Shown piece after piece: positions 18,163 through 27,166 of a stretch of DNA of 64,000 nucleotides (positions are counted from its first letter, which is position 1; each line of letters opens with the position of its first letter). Position numbers and translations under genes: made by a program. The DNA is from Clostridia bacterium (lineage in GTDB: Bacteria > Bacillota > Clostridia > CAKSNL01 > HGM11501). Below the pieces are notes generated by a model. It saw only the letters and a program-made list of their open reading frames with translations, was not told the DNA's origin and ran no database searches. Where the stretch lies: the NCBI GenBank assembly GCA_045545475.1, contig JAZQAZ010000020.1:32001-96000 (forward strand), in the 5' to 3' direction.

Positions 18163-19485
18163 TTATATATTTTTGAACCTTGTTACATTTTCAAGATAAA
18201 TTGCGTCTCTCGCATCTTCTTTTTCGGTTACAAATTCCACGTTGACGAGTTTTAAGTTGTCAACATCCCTGGCGATGAGTCCGAATGCGGGAGGCCTGCG
18301 TCCGTAGCGTATGCTTTCTGCATAGCCTTGGCGTACCTGAGGAACGGGATTTTGTTTCCAGTCCTCGCATCCTCCGCCGGGGAGGGATAAGAAGATATTT
18401 GAAAGGGAAATGTTCTTTATGATACTGTCGGGCTGACCGATTATAAGGGCGGGAGTTGTTACGGGCATCTGGGTCACATCGTTTTCCGTGTGACAGTCAT
18501 AGTTCCATGTGGGACCTTCCCAGGCTACATAAGGACCTGTTGCTGTAATGTTTGAGAAAGAGATATTTCTGATTTCGCCGACCGTCGTACCTTCCGGGCC
18601 TCTTGCACGATTCATAACAATGAGCATTAAAGGATTACCGACGTTTCTCATTGAAATGTTGGAAACTGAAAAACCTTCAATCAAAGCACCGTCAATACAT
18701 TCAAGGGCAATTCCTGAATAGCGGGTGTCATAAATGGTACATCCTGTAATGGTAGTGTTTATGAAAGCCGTATTGGACTCCGTTCCGAATTTTATGGCGT
18801 TGCAACGGCTTTTTACCACGCAGTTTGAAATGGAAAGGTTTTCCATAGCCTTGAATTTTCCCAGAGTAAAGGAGCTTTTGGGAACGATGCCGTCATCCCC
18901 TGCATCTATTATACAGTCGGAAATAACCACATTTTTACAGCTATCGGGACTTATACCGTCAATGTGAACGAAGAGGTCAAGTCCTGTAACTCTTACGTTT
19001 TCGCAGCCTGCAAAGTAAACTGCAAGGTCTGTTGCATTTATCATGGTAAGGTCACGGATTACCACATTCGTACAGTTTTTGAAAGCCACTATTTTGCAAC
19101 CTCTGTTCCAATGCGGTTGAACTTCCCAAATGGACTGCATATCTATTTTCCCAAGGCCTGTCAAGGCAATGTCTGAAACGGAATCGGCATGAAATAAGCT
19201 GTGATGGAAGAAGCTGTGGCTTCTGTCCTGATATACCGTGTTTGAAGCATCATCTTCAAGTGGTTCAAAATCTTCGGGATTTTTGCTGCCTAAAACAGTT
19301 GCACCTTTTTCGATATGTATTTCAACATTATTCTTAAAGTGTACTGTACTTAAAACAAAGCTTCCGCCGGAAATTAAAACCCTGCCTCCGCCAGCCTCGT
19401 AGCATGCATCAATTGCTGACTGGACCGCTTTTGTGTCTAATGTTTTTCCGTCGCCCTTTGCGCCGAAGTCTTTTACGTTAAACAT
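18163..19485 (-). CDS. GH28-related / pectin-lyase-fold beta-helix glycoside hydrolase, no signal peptide
   Basis: FNVKDFGAKGDGKTLDT..QSAIDAC, DGI.PDSCKNV, AGDDGI..KS, AIKFGTES. Confidence 0.85.
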   Translation of the reverse strand: MFNVKDFGAKGDGKTLDTKAVQSAIDACYEAGGGRVLISGGSFVLSTVHFKNNVEIHIEKGATVLGSKNPEDFEPLEDDASNTVYQDRSHSFFHHSLFHADSVSDIALTGLGKIDMQSIWEVQPHWNRGCKIVAFKNCTNVVIRDLTMINATDLAVYFAGCENVRVTGLDLFVHIDGISPDSCKNVVISDCIIDAGDDGIVPKSSFTLGKFKAMENLSISNCVVKSRCNAIKFGTESNTAFINTTITGCTIYDTRYSGIALECIDGALIEGFSVSNISMRNVGNPLMLIVMNRARGPEGTTVGEIRNISFSNITATGPYVAWEGPTWNYDCHTENDVTQMPVTTPALIIGQPDSIIKNISLSNIFLSLPGGGCEDWKQNPVPQVRQGYAESIRYGRRPPAFGLIARDVDNLKLVNVEFVTEKEDARDAIYLENVTRFKNI

Positions 19486-19489
19486 AAAA

Positions 19490-20017
19490 TCAACCTTTCA
19501 TTATTATTTTTTGACCGCAATAGTTGCAGAAAATACTGTCTTTGTCAATTTCACATTCGCAGGCAGGACATATATATCCAACCTTTACGGGAATAGAAGT
19601 GGGAACTTCTTTTTTAAAAGTTTTTATAAAAATGCCGGAAGCGACAAGAATGATTCCGGAGGCGATAAAGATTATGCTTAATAAGGGAATGGAGTAATTT
19701 GTAAGGAAAGCAGAGACGAAGGGAAGAAATGGAAGATATTTTACCGGGTGAAGTGTCATTGATATGGTGGGATCATCAGGACCTTTGAAGCTTGCACTTC
19801 CGGAATATTCACTTCCCGTAGATGTATAATAATGATAATCAATTTCCGTAAGATAAGTTTCGTTTCCTGAAGGAGTGAATGCGACATTGTCGCATACAGC
19901 CGTGGTCTCCAAGCCGAAAAGAAATGTGGCGGGATTAAGAAGACCGGCAATTAAAAGAAGCAGACCGAAAGTAATTAAGGCGGTTTTCAACATGGTTTTT
20001 AAAAAGCTTCTTTTCAT
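19490..20017 (-). CDS. Hypothetical two-TM membrane protein with C-terminal zinc ribbon
   Basis: Two hydrophobic segments; CPACECEIDKDSIFCNYCG. Confidence 0.75.
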   Translation of the reverse strand: MKRSFLKTMLKTALITFGLLLLIAGLLNPATFLFGLETTAVCDNVAFTPSGNETYLTEIDYHYYTSTGSEYSGSASFKGPDDPTISMTLHPVKYLPFLPFVSAFLTNYSIPLLSIIFIASGIILVASGIFIKTFKKEVPTSIPVKVGYICPACECEIDKDSIFCNYCGQKIIMKG

Positions 20018-20147
20018 ATTAATCAAATCCTTTCTTTGATATATTTAAAGCTTACTTTTATTATAACATTGTATGTCGGATTTTGCAAGGAAAAGCTTTC
20101 TTAGGTCGAAAATAAAAGAAAGGAAAGAAAAAGTTTGTCAAAAGGAC

Positions 20148-20176
20148 TTGACGAAATATGAGCTTTATGGTAGAAT
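20148..20176 (+). promoter_or_regulatory. Sigma-A promoter of the lysine riboswitch transcript
   Basis: TTGACG-17 bp-TAGAAT with extended -10 TG. Confidence 0.75.
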
Positions 20177-20191
20177 TAAGAAAAAATAAGA

Positions 20192-20346
20192 GATAGAGGC
20201 GCGAAAGCCAAGAGTATTTCCGGTAAAAACTTCGGGCAGAAGAGGGGAAGAAAGGGGCCTTTGCCGAAGCAGGAGAAATAGCCACGTTTTTTCTGCTGGG
20301 TCAATGCAGAATATGTATTGAACTGTCGCATCTGCGGAGTGCTATC
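20192..20346 (+). ncRNA. Lysine riboswitch (L-box)
   Basis: GATAG/CTATC P1; conserved AGAGGCGCGA, AGAGTA, GAAAGGGG, GCCGAA, CTGGG, GAATA, ACTGTC, GGAGTGCT; terminator-like GCGGA...TCCGC-TTATTT at about 20369-20403. Confidence 0.92.
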
Positions 20347-20424
20347 GGGGAATTGACTAAAATTTACTGCGGATGAACTATGCTTCTTCCGCTTATTTAT
20401 TTTAAAAATACGGAGGTATGTAAA

Positions 20425-22260
20425 ATGAAAAAGGCAAAAAATCTCAAAATTTTCTTCAGCCTTATGCTCGTATTTACTGTTATGGCATCTATGCTTATGA
20501 CAGTTATGGCAGAACCTGAAGAAACATTAATCGGCGAGGATGCGGAAGTAATTGCAGAAGCCGAAATTCCGGCAGAAGAAGCCGCTCCCGAAGAGGTTGC
20601 GGAAGAAACAATCGAAGAAGAATTCGACGCATGGGGTTATATTGACGGATATTCCGACAACGTTACAGGCGACGAAAACTTCGATGAAAACCTTGATAAG
20701 GCTTTAGCTGTGGCGAAAGAAGAAATTCCTGTTTATGCAACATGGCTTTCTCTTCTTCCTCCCATCATCGCAATTGCACTTGCACTCATCACAAAGGAAG
20801 TTTATTCTTCTCTCTTCATCGGTATTGCATCAGGTGCACTCCTTTATGCAAACTTCAATTTCACAGGAACACTTGACCATCTTTTCCAGGACGGATTCAT
20901 TTCATCCGTGGCAGACTCCTATAACATCGGTATTATAATTTTCCTTATTGTACTCGGTGCTATAGTTTCCCTTATGAATAAGTCAGGCGGAAGTGCTGCA
21001 TTCGGAAGATGGGCATCTACTCACATTAAGTCCAAGGTTGGAGCACAGCTTGCAACAATTGCACTTGGTGTACTTATCTTTGTTGACGACTACTTTAACT
21101 GTCTTACAGTTGGTTCTGTTATGCGTCCCGTATCCGACAAGTTCAAGCTTTCCAGAGCTAAGCTTGCTTATGTAATCGACGCTACGGCAGCTCCTGTATG
21201 TATCATTGCACCCGTATCCTCCTGGGCAGCTGCAGTTGCAGGCTTTGCTCCCGAAGGAGAAGGATTTGCACTCTTTATAAAGGCTATTCCCTGGAACTTC
21301 TATGCAATTCTTACCATCGTTATGATGATAACTATTGCTCTTATGAAGTTTGATTTCGGCCCCATGAAGAAGCATGAAGCGGCTGCTGAAAATGGTGACC
21401 TCTTCTCTTCTGCGGATGCGGAAATGTTTAAGGTGCTTGAAGATGCAGACGAAAACAAGAAGGGCAGCGTATGGGATCTTGTTGCTCCCGTACTTGTACT
21501 TATCGTAGGCTGCATATTCGGACTTATCTATTCCGGTGGCTTCTTTACAGCAGATGCTGAAGGCTTCCGCAATTTCGTGGTTGCGTTCTCAAATGCTGAT
21601 GCTTCTGTTGGTCTTGTATACGGTTCCTTCGGCGGACTTATCTTCAGCGTTATCTACTTCCTCTTAAGAAGAGTATTAAACTTCAAGCAGTGTATGGAAT
21701 CTCTTCCCGAGGGCTTCAAGGCAATGGTTCCCGCTATTATGATTCTTGCTTGTGCATGGACTCTTAAGACAATGACCGATTCTCTCGGTGCAAAGGTATT
21801 CATTGCTGAATTCGTAAGAAACTATGCAGGTGCAGTAGTAATTCTTCTTCCTGCAATCGTATTCTTAATCGCAGTTGGTCTTTCCTTCTCTACAGGGACT
21901 TCCTGGGGAACATTCGGTATCCTTATTCCCATCGTTCTCGCTATCTTCAGCGGAGTTGGTGCTGAATATGCATACCTTGAAATCATCGCTATCTCTGCTT
22001 GTATGGCAGGTGCTGTTTGCGGTGACCACTGCTCGCCCATATCGGATACGACGATTATGGCATCGGCAGGAAGCCAGTCAAACCACATAAACCACGTTAC
22101 AACTCAGCTTCCTTATGCTTTGACAGTTGCAGCAGTATCATTCGTATGCTACATAATCGCAGGTCTTGTAAAGAGTGCATACATCGCACTTCCCATCGGT
22201 ATCGTTCTTATGATAGGAACACTTCTTGTAATAAAGGCTGTTACAAAGAAAAATGCATAA
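20425..22260 (+). CDS. NhaC-family transporter, probable lysine transporter (LysW-type), with an N-terminal extension
   Basis: SLLPPIIAI.LAL.TKEV, FVDDYFNCL, IDATAAPVC, TGTSWGTFGI, GDHCSPISDTT; lies under the lysine riboswitch; ATG after GGAGG. Confidence 0.9.
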   Translation: MKKAKNLKIFFSLMLVFTVMASMLMTVMAEPEETLIGEDAEVIAEAEIPAEEAAPEEVAEETIEEEFDAWGYIDGYSDNVTGDENFDENLDKALAVAKEEIPVYATWLSLLPPIIAIALALITKEVYSSLFIGIASGALLYANFNFTGTLDHLFQDGFISSVADSYNIGIIIFLIVLGAIVSLMNKSGGSAAFGRWASTHIKSKVGAQLATIALGVLIFVDDYFNCLTVGSVMRPVSDKFKLSRAKLAYVIDATAAPVCIIAPVSSWAAAVAGFAPEGEGFALFIKAIPWNFYAILTIVMMITIALMKFDFGPMKKHEAAAENGDLFSSADAEMFKVLEDADENKKGSVWDLVAPVLVLIVGCIFGLIYSGGFFTADAEGFRNFVVAFSNADASVGLVYGSFGGLIFSVIYFLLRRVLNFKQCMESLPEGFKAMVPAIMILACAWTLKTMTDSLGAKVFIAEFVRNYAGAVVILLPAIVFLIAVGLSFSTGTSWGTFGILIPIVLAIFSGVGAEYAYLEIIAISACMAGAVCGDHCSPISDTTIMASAGSQSNHINHVTTQLPYALTVAAVSFVCYIIAGLVKSAYIALPIGIVLMIGTLLVIKAVTKKNA

Positions 22261-22268
22261 TTAAAGTT

Positions 22269-22304
22269 AAAAGCAACCGCCCATCGGGCGGTTGCTTTTC
22301 TTTT
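22269..22304 (+). terminator. Intrinsic terminator
   Basis: AAAAGCAACCGCCC-ATC-GGGCGGTTGCTTTTCTTTT. Confidence 0.85.
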
Positions 22305-22332
22305 AAAAGATTTTGGAATTTAGGTTTTCAGG

Positions 22333-22361
22333 TTGACAGCTTTTTTTGCTTGTGTTATAAT
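22333..22361 (+). promoter_or_regulatory. Consensus sigma-A promoter of the cohesin/dockerin cluster
   Basis: TTGACA-17 bp-TATAAT with extended -10 TG. Confidence 0.85.
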
Positions 22362-22411
22362 TAAGTGTAGTATGGACAAATTGTAATTTTATATACAAGG
22401 AGGAATGCACG

Positions 22412-23098
22412 ATGAAGAAAATTGCAATTCTTTTTATGGCAGTGCTTATCATTTCTGCTCTTACGGTTGGCGTTTCGTTTGCCGAGAGCGGTACGGTTTC
22501 TGTCACAAATGCAGAAGGCTATGCCGGAAAAGCCGTTGAGGTTGATGTGGTTATAGATGATAATCCGGGAAGCATAGCATCTGTTATGACGGTGAAATAT
22601 GATACCGATGCTCTTACACTTACAAAGGTGAAGGATGCGGAAGAAATGGGGGATAACAACCACAGCGATAATCTGTCGGCTGATGAATATTATCTTTCGT
22701 GGTTTAATCCGCTGGCAGAAGAAGATTACAGCTTTAACGGAACGGTTGTCACATTAAGCTTTGAAATCGCTGATGATGCCGAGCTGGGAGACTATGACAT
22801 AACGGTGGAGGTAAAGGAAGCATACGATACAGACCTCAATCCTGTTACATATATTGAAACGGCTGGAAAGATTACCGTTGTTGAAGCACCGCCTTACATA
22901 CTGGGTGACATAGATATGGACGGAGAGGTTAAGCTTTCGGATGCTGTTCTTTTATTCCGTCACAGCTTAAACCAGAGCTTATATCCTGTGGATTACAGCG
23001 GAGATATGGATTTTACAGGTGACGGAAAGGTGACGATTGACGATGCGGTATTAATCTTCCGACACAGCTTGAATCCGGGATTATATCCTCTTGACTGA
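22412..23098 (+). CDS. Secreted cohesin plus dockerin protein
   Basis: Signal peptide; cohesin-like GKAVEVDVVIDDNPG...YDTDALTL...NGTVVTLSFEI...GDYDITV; duplicated Ca-loop GDIDMDGEVKLSDA / DFTGDGKVTIDDA. Confidence 0.82.
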   Translation: MKKIAILFMAVLIISALTVGVSFAESGTVSVTNAEGYAGKAVEVDVVIDDNPGSIASVMTVKYDTDALTLTKVKDAEEMGDNNHSDNLSADEYYLSWFNPLAEEDYSFNGTVVTLSFEIADDAELGDYDITVEVKEAYDTDLNPVTYIETAGKITVVEAPPYILGDIDMDGEVKLSDAVLLFRHSLNQSLYPVDYSGDMDFTGDGKVTIDDAVLIFRHSLNPGLYPLD

Positions 23099-23118
23099 TA
23101 TAGAAAGGAATGAATGAA

Positions 23119-26100
23119 ATGAAAAAAATATTATCAGCTATACTTTCTGTTTTAATGATAATAAGCCTTGTGCCTGCCACTGCATTCGCAGCTGCGGCAG
23201 ATGCGGTTATCACCATAGTTGCAGGTGAAGCCTATGCGGGAAAAACAGTTGAAGTAAGTATATCAATAGATACCGAAAAAGAGTGGAGCTCACTTGGTTT
23301 CATATTAGATTATGACGAAGACATTCTTGTGTACGACAGAGTGTCCTATGGGGAAGTTGCCGAAAAGAACCTTTTCGGCAAGGAAAATGTATACGACCCG
23401 TCAACCTCTTATGTTGCTGTAGGGTTTGCGTCTGCGCAGGCTACATCCGGCGAAATCATTACTCTTACATTTACGGTAGACGAAGATGCAGAAGAAGGCG
23501 ATGTGTATGTTTCTGCTACAGAGATTAATTTTGAATACGATACCCTTACTGCAGAAGCATCAAGCGATGCTGTATCTGTAAAGCGTTATAACTTCACAGG
23601 CCTCACCTTAAAGGGAGCCACCTACACCTATGACGGTAGCGAAAAGGAAATCCTTGTTACAGGTACTCTTCCCGAGGGAGCAGAGGTAGACTACGAAGAC
23701 AATAAGGGAACAGATGCGGGAACATATAAGGCAAAGGCGATTGTTACTAAGAAGGGCTACAATACCCTTAATCTTTCAGCTGATCTCGTAATAAAGCCCG
23801 CAATGCTTGAAATAAAGGATATGTCCGTTAAGGATAAGACTTATGATAAAACAGCGGATGCCGAGATCGTTGAAGGAACACTTACAGGAATTATCGGGGA
23901 TGACGATGTTGAAGCGGTATATCCCGAAAATGGAACATTTGCTCAGGTGGATGTAAAGAGCACAGCAATAGCTGTCAGTCTTGATGAAATCACCCTTACA
24001 GGTGAGGATGCAGGAAACTACACATTAAAGCAGCCCACAGGCTTAAAGGCTAAGATAACAAAGGCTCCCATCACAGTTACTGCGGACAGCTTTGAGCTTA
24101 CCGTTGGCGATGAAATTCCCGACCTTACATATAAAATTACCGAAGGTGAACTTTTCGGCTCTGACGATTTTGAGGGCGAGCTTTCAACAAGGGCAACAAC
24201 CGAAGAGGAAGGGACCTTTGATATAACAAAGGGAACCTTTAAGACAACTGCAAACTACGACCTTACATTTATCCCCGGTACGATTACAGTTCTTGAAAAG
24301 CCTGTGCAGGAAATTACAGTGGCAGACTTTGAGGATGTGACCTACGGCGATGAAGGCTTTAAGTTAAATGTAGAAGAGGGAAGCAAGGTAACAGCGTCTG
24401 AGATTGTTTTTGCATCAAGCAACGAAAATGTTGCAACAATTGATGCAGAAGGCAATGTCACAATAAAGAACGCAGGCGAAACAGAAATTTCCGTAACCAA
24501 GGCAGGGGATGATACCTATGCCGCATTTAACTGGAAAAAGACTCTTAAAGTAAATAAAGTGGAAATTACAGTTAATGCAGAAAGCGGACAGGGTAAGAGA
24601 ATCGGAAACGATGACCCCGAGCTTTTATACACCTACGAAGGTGAGCTTGTAGGCGATGATGCGTTTACAGGTGTGCTTACAAGAAAGAGCGGAGAGACGA
24701 TTGGTTTCTATGATATTTTAATCGGAACTCTTACACTGGGAGATAACTACAATATCACATTTAACAGTGCAAAGTTTGAAATAGCCGATAAAGTGGCTCA
24801 GGATATAACGGTAGAAACTATCGGAACAAAAACCTATGGCGATGAGCCCTTTGCAATAGAAGTTACAGAAGGACTTGTTGTTTCAGGCGAAGATATCGTG
24901 TACGAATCAAGCAACGAAAATGTTGCTGTTATCGAAGACGGCGTAATTACCATCAAAGGCACAGGCTACACATATATTACCGTAAGCAAGAGAGGCGACG
25001 GTACACATAAGGACTTCTCGGATAAGCAGAAGCTTACGGTGGCGAAGGGAAATATTACAGTTGACGTAGTAGAAGGCCAGTATAAGAGAATCGGAACGGA
25101 AGATCCGGTGTTCGAATATGAGTATGAAGGTAAGCTTGCTGAAGGCGACGAATTTACCGGTGCTCTTACAAGAAGAAGCGGTGAAAAAGTTGGCTTATAT
25201 GATATCTTAATCGGTACACTTAAACTTAACTCCAATTATAAAATAACATTCAACAGTGCAAAGTTTGAAATTATCGATAAGCTCAGACAGGACGTTACCG
25301 TTGATGAGCTTGCGGAAGTGACCTATGGTGACGAGGCGTTTAAGCTTGGCGTGGAAAAGGGCGATGAGGTAACTGATTCTGAGATAATCTTTGCATCAAG
25401 CAACGAAGATGTTGCAACAATTGACGCAGAAGGCAATATCACAATAAAGAATGCAGGTGTCACCGAAATTTCCGTGACCAAGGCAGGAAATGAAGATTAT
25501 GCAGACTTCAGCCTCACACAGACACTTAAGGTTAATAAAGCTGAAATAAAGATTATCGTAACTCCCGGTCAGTCAAAGAAGGTAGGAAGCGATGATCCTG
25601 TAATTGCATACACCTACGAAGGAACGCTTGCGACAGGAGATGAAATTACAGGTGCTCTTGCGAGAAAAGAGGGCGAAGCAATCGGTACATATCCTGTTTA
25701 TATAGGAACGCTTGATATAACAAACGGCATAAATTATGATGTTAAATTTGTTTCTGCCACCTTTGAAATAACCGAAAAGACAGCACAGACAATTACTCTC
25801 ACAGAGATTCCTGCACTTACATACGGGGATGCTCCTTATGCAGTTACTGTGACCAAGGATGAAACTGCAAACCTTGAAGCATACATCTATGAATCCGATA
25901 ACGAAGACGTACTTACTATTGCCGATGGTGTTATCACAATAAAGGCAGCAGGCGAAGCAACAATAAAAGTAACCGAGCCCGGAAACGATGAGTATGCATC
26001 AGGCATAGCTACACAGAAGGTTACTGTCAATAAAAAAGCGATTTTGGTTGATTCGATAGATCTTGCAGCAAAGACAGCTGTGATTGTCGGTATTTTGGAT

Positions 26101-27099
26101 TCCGATGAAGTTGCGTTAGACTTCAATAAGCTTCAGCTTGAAATGGTCGAAGATATTGATGAATCCACATCTGTTGTGCTTGCTAAGAATTTTGTGCTTA
26201 CAGGCGAAAAAGCGGTAAATTACATCTTTGCATCAGAAGCTATCGAAACAACGGTTGCCAAAAACAACATTGCAACAGTAGCCGTTACGGCAGACAAGGG
26301 CGAAATCGAAGGCGACGGCACATACCTTTTGGGTGCGGAAGTTACCCTTAAGGCAATTGCTCCCAAAAACTATAAGTTCGCAGGATGGTATCTTGACGGA
26401 GTGAAGTTGTCCGGCGATACGGTTATAACAATAGCACTGACCGAGGATAAGAATCTTACCGCTAAATTTACAAAGAAGAGCACCGGCGGTGGAGGCGGTG
26501 GCGGAACAAGCTACTGCACAGTTAAGTTTGACACCGACGGAGGAAGCACTGTTACATCGTTCAAGGTTGAACATGGTGCCGTCCTTGGCGATGTTACAGC
26601 TCCTACCAAGGAAGGCTATGAATTCGGCGGATGGTTCCTTGATAAAGAATTTACAACCGAAGTTACTGCTGAATCCAAGATAAAGGGTAATATTACTCTC
26701 TATGCACGCTGGGTTGAAAAGGCGAAGAAAGAAATAGTTCTTACAATTGGAGAAAAGGATGCAACTGTATTCGGAGAAGGTAAGGCAAACGATGTTGCAC
26801 CCATTATCAGAAACGACAGAACAATGCTTCCTGCAAGATTTGTCGCAGAGGCACTTGGAGCAACGGTTACATGGAACGAAGAGACAAGAAAGGTTACAAT
26901 AACTAAGGATGAACTCGTAATTATTATTACCATTGATTCCGATAAGGCAACTGTTAACGGCGAGGAAGTAACACTTGATTCTCCGGCATTCATTGAAAAT
27001 GACAGAACATATACCCCTGTAAGATTTGTTGCGGAAGCACTTGGTGCAAATGTTGCATGGGAAGAAGAGACACAGAAGGTAACAATTACCGTAAAATGA
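23119..27099 (+). CDS. Large secreted surface protein: cohesin-like, MBG/YDG-like, four MBG plus Ig-like repeats, InlB B-repeat-like, C-terminal copper-amine-oxidase N-terminal-type domain
   Basis: Signal peptide; GKTVEVSISI...LDYDEDIL...GEIITLTFTV; TYDGSEK, DKTYD; repeated TYGDE.F / SSNENVATI / LTRKSGE; poly-Gly linker; FDTDGGS...PTKEGYEFGGW; RTMLPARFVAEALGA.V.W twice. Confidence 0.85.
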   Translation: MKKILSAILSVLMIISLVPATAFAAAADAVITIVAGEAYAGKTVEVSISIDTEKEWSSLGFILDYDEDILVYDRVSYGEVAEKNLFGKENVYDPSTSYVAVGFASAQATSGEIITLTFTVDEDAEEGDVYVSATEINFEYDTLTAEASSDAVSVKRYNFTGLTLKGATYTYDGSEKEILVTGTLPEGAEVDYEDNKGTDAGTYKAKAIVTKKGYNTLNLSADLVIKPAMLEIKDMSVKDKTYDKTADAEIVEGTLTGIIGDDDVEAVYPENGTFAQVDVKSTAIAVSLDEITLTGEDAGNYTLKQPTGLKAKITKAPITVTADSFELTVGDEIPDLTYKITEGELFGSDDFEGELSTRATTEEEGTFDITKGTFKTTANYDLTFIPGTITVLEKPVQEITVADFEDVTYGDEGFKLNVEEGSKVTASEIVFASSNENVATIDAEGNVTIKNAGETEISVTKAGDDTYAAFNWKKTLKVNKVEITVNAESGQGKRIGNDDPELLYTYEGELVGDDAFTGVLTRKSGETIGFYDILIGTLTLGDNYNITFNSAKFEIADKVAQDITVETIGTKTYGDEPFAIEVTEGLVVSGEDIVYESSNENVAVIEDGVITIKGTGYTYITVSKRGDGTHKDFSDKQKLTVAKGNITVDVVEGQYKRIGTEDPVFEYEYEGKLAEGDEFTGALTRRSGEKVGLYDILIGTLKLNSNYKITFNSAKFEIIDKLRQDVTVDELAEVTYGDEAFKLGVEKGDEVTDSEIIFASSNEDVATIDAEGNITIKNAGVTEISVTKAGNEDYADFSLTQTLKVNKAEIKIIVTPGQSKKVGSDDPVIAYTYEGTLATGDEITGALARKEGEAIGTYPVYIGTLDITNGINYDVKFVSATFEITEKTAQTITLTEIPALTYGDAPYAVTVTKDETANLEAYIYESDNEDVLTIADGVITIKAAGEATIKVTEPGNDEYASGIATQKVTVNKKAILVDSIDLAAKTAVIVGILDSDEVALDFNKLQLEMVEDIDESTSVVLAKNFVLTGEKAVNYIFASEAIETTVAKNNIATVAVTADKGEIEGDGTYLLGAEVTLKAIAPKNYKFAGWYLDGVKLSGDTVITIALTEDKNLTAKFTKKSTGGGGGGGTSYCTVKFDTDGGSTVTSFKVEHGAVLGDVTAPTKEGYEFGGWFLDKEFTTEVTAESKIKGNITLYARWVEKAKKEIVLTIGEKDATVFGEGKANDVAPIIRNDRTMLPARFVAEALGATVTWNEETRKVTITKDELVIIITIDSDKATVNGEEVTLDSPAFIENDRTYTPVRFVAEALGANVAWEEETQKVTITVK
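24060..26035 (+). repeat. Four internal repeats of about 490 bp (MBG plus Ig-like unit)
   Basis: Recurring GCATCAAGCAACGAA.ATGTTGC and ACCTA(C/T)GG.GA; the Ig-like parts of units 1 and 3 are most alike; boundaries approximate. Confidence 0.8.
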
Positions 27100-27107
27100 T
27101 GCACATG

Positions 27108-27139
27108 AAAATGGGCTGTAATTTCTACAGCCCATTTTT
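27108..27139 (+). terminator. Stem-loop/terminator between the large surface protein and the third cohesin gene
   Basis: AAAATGGGCTGTA-ATTTC-TACAGCCCATTTTT. Confidence 0.8.
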
Positions 27140-27166
27140 GAAGGATTGCGTGAAAGGAAGAAAGAA

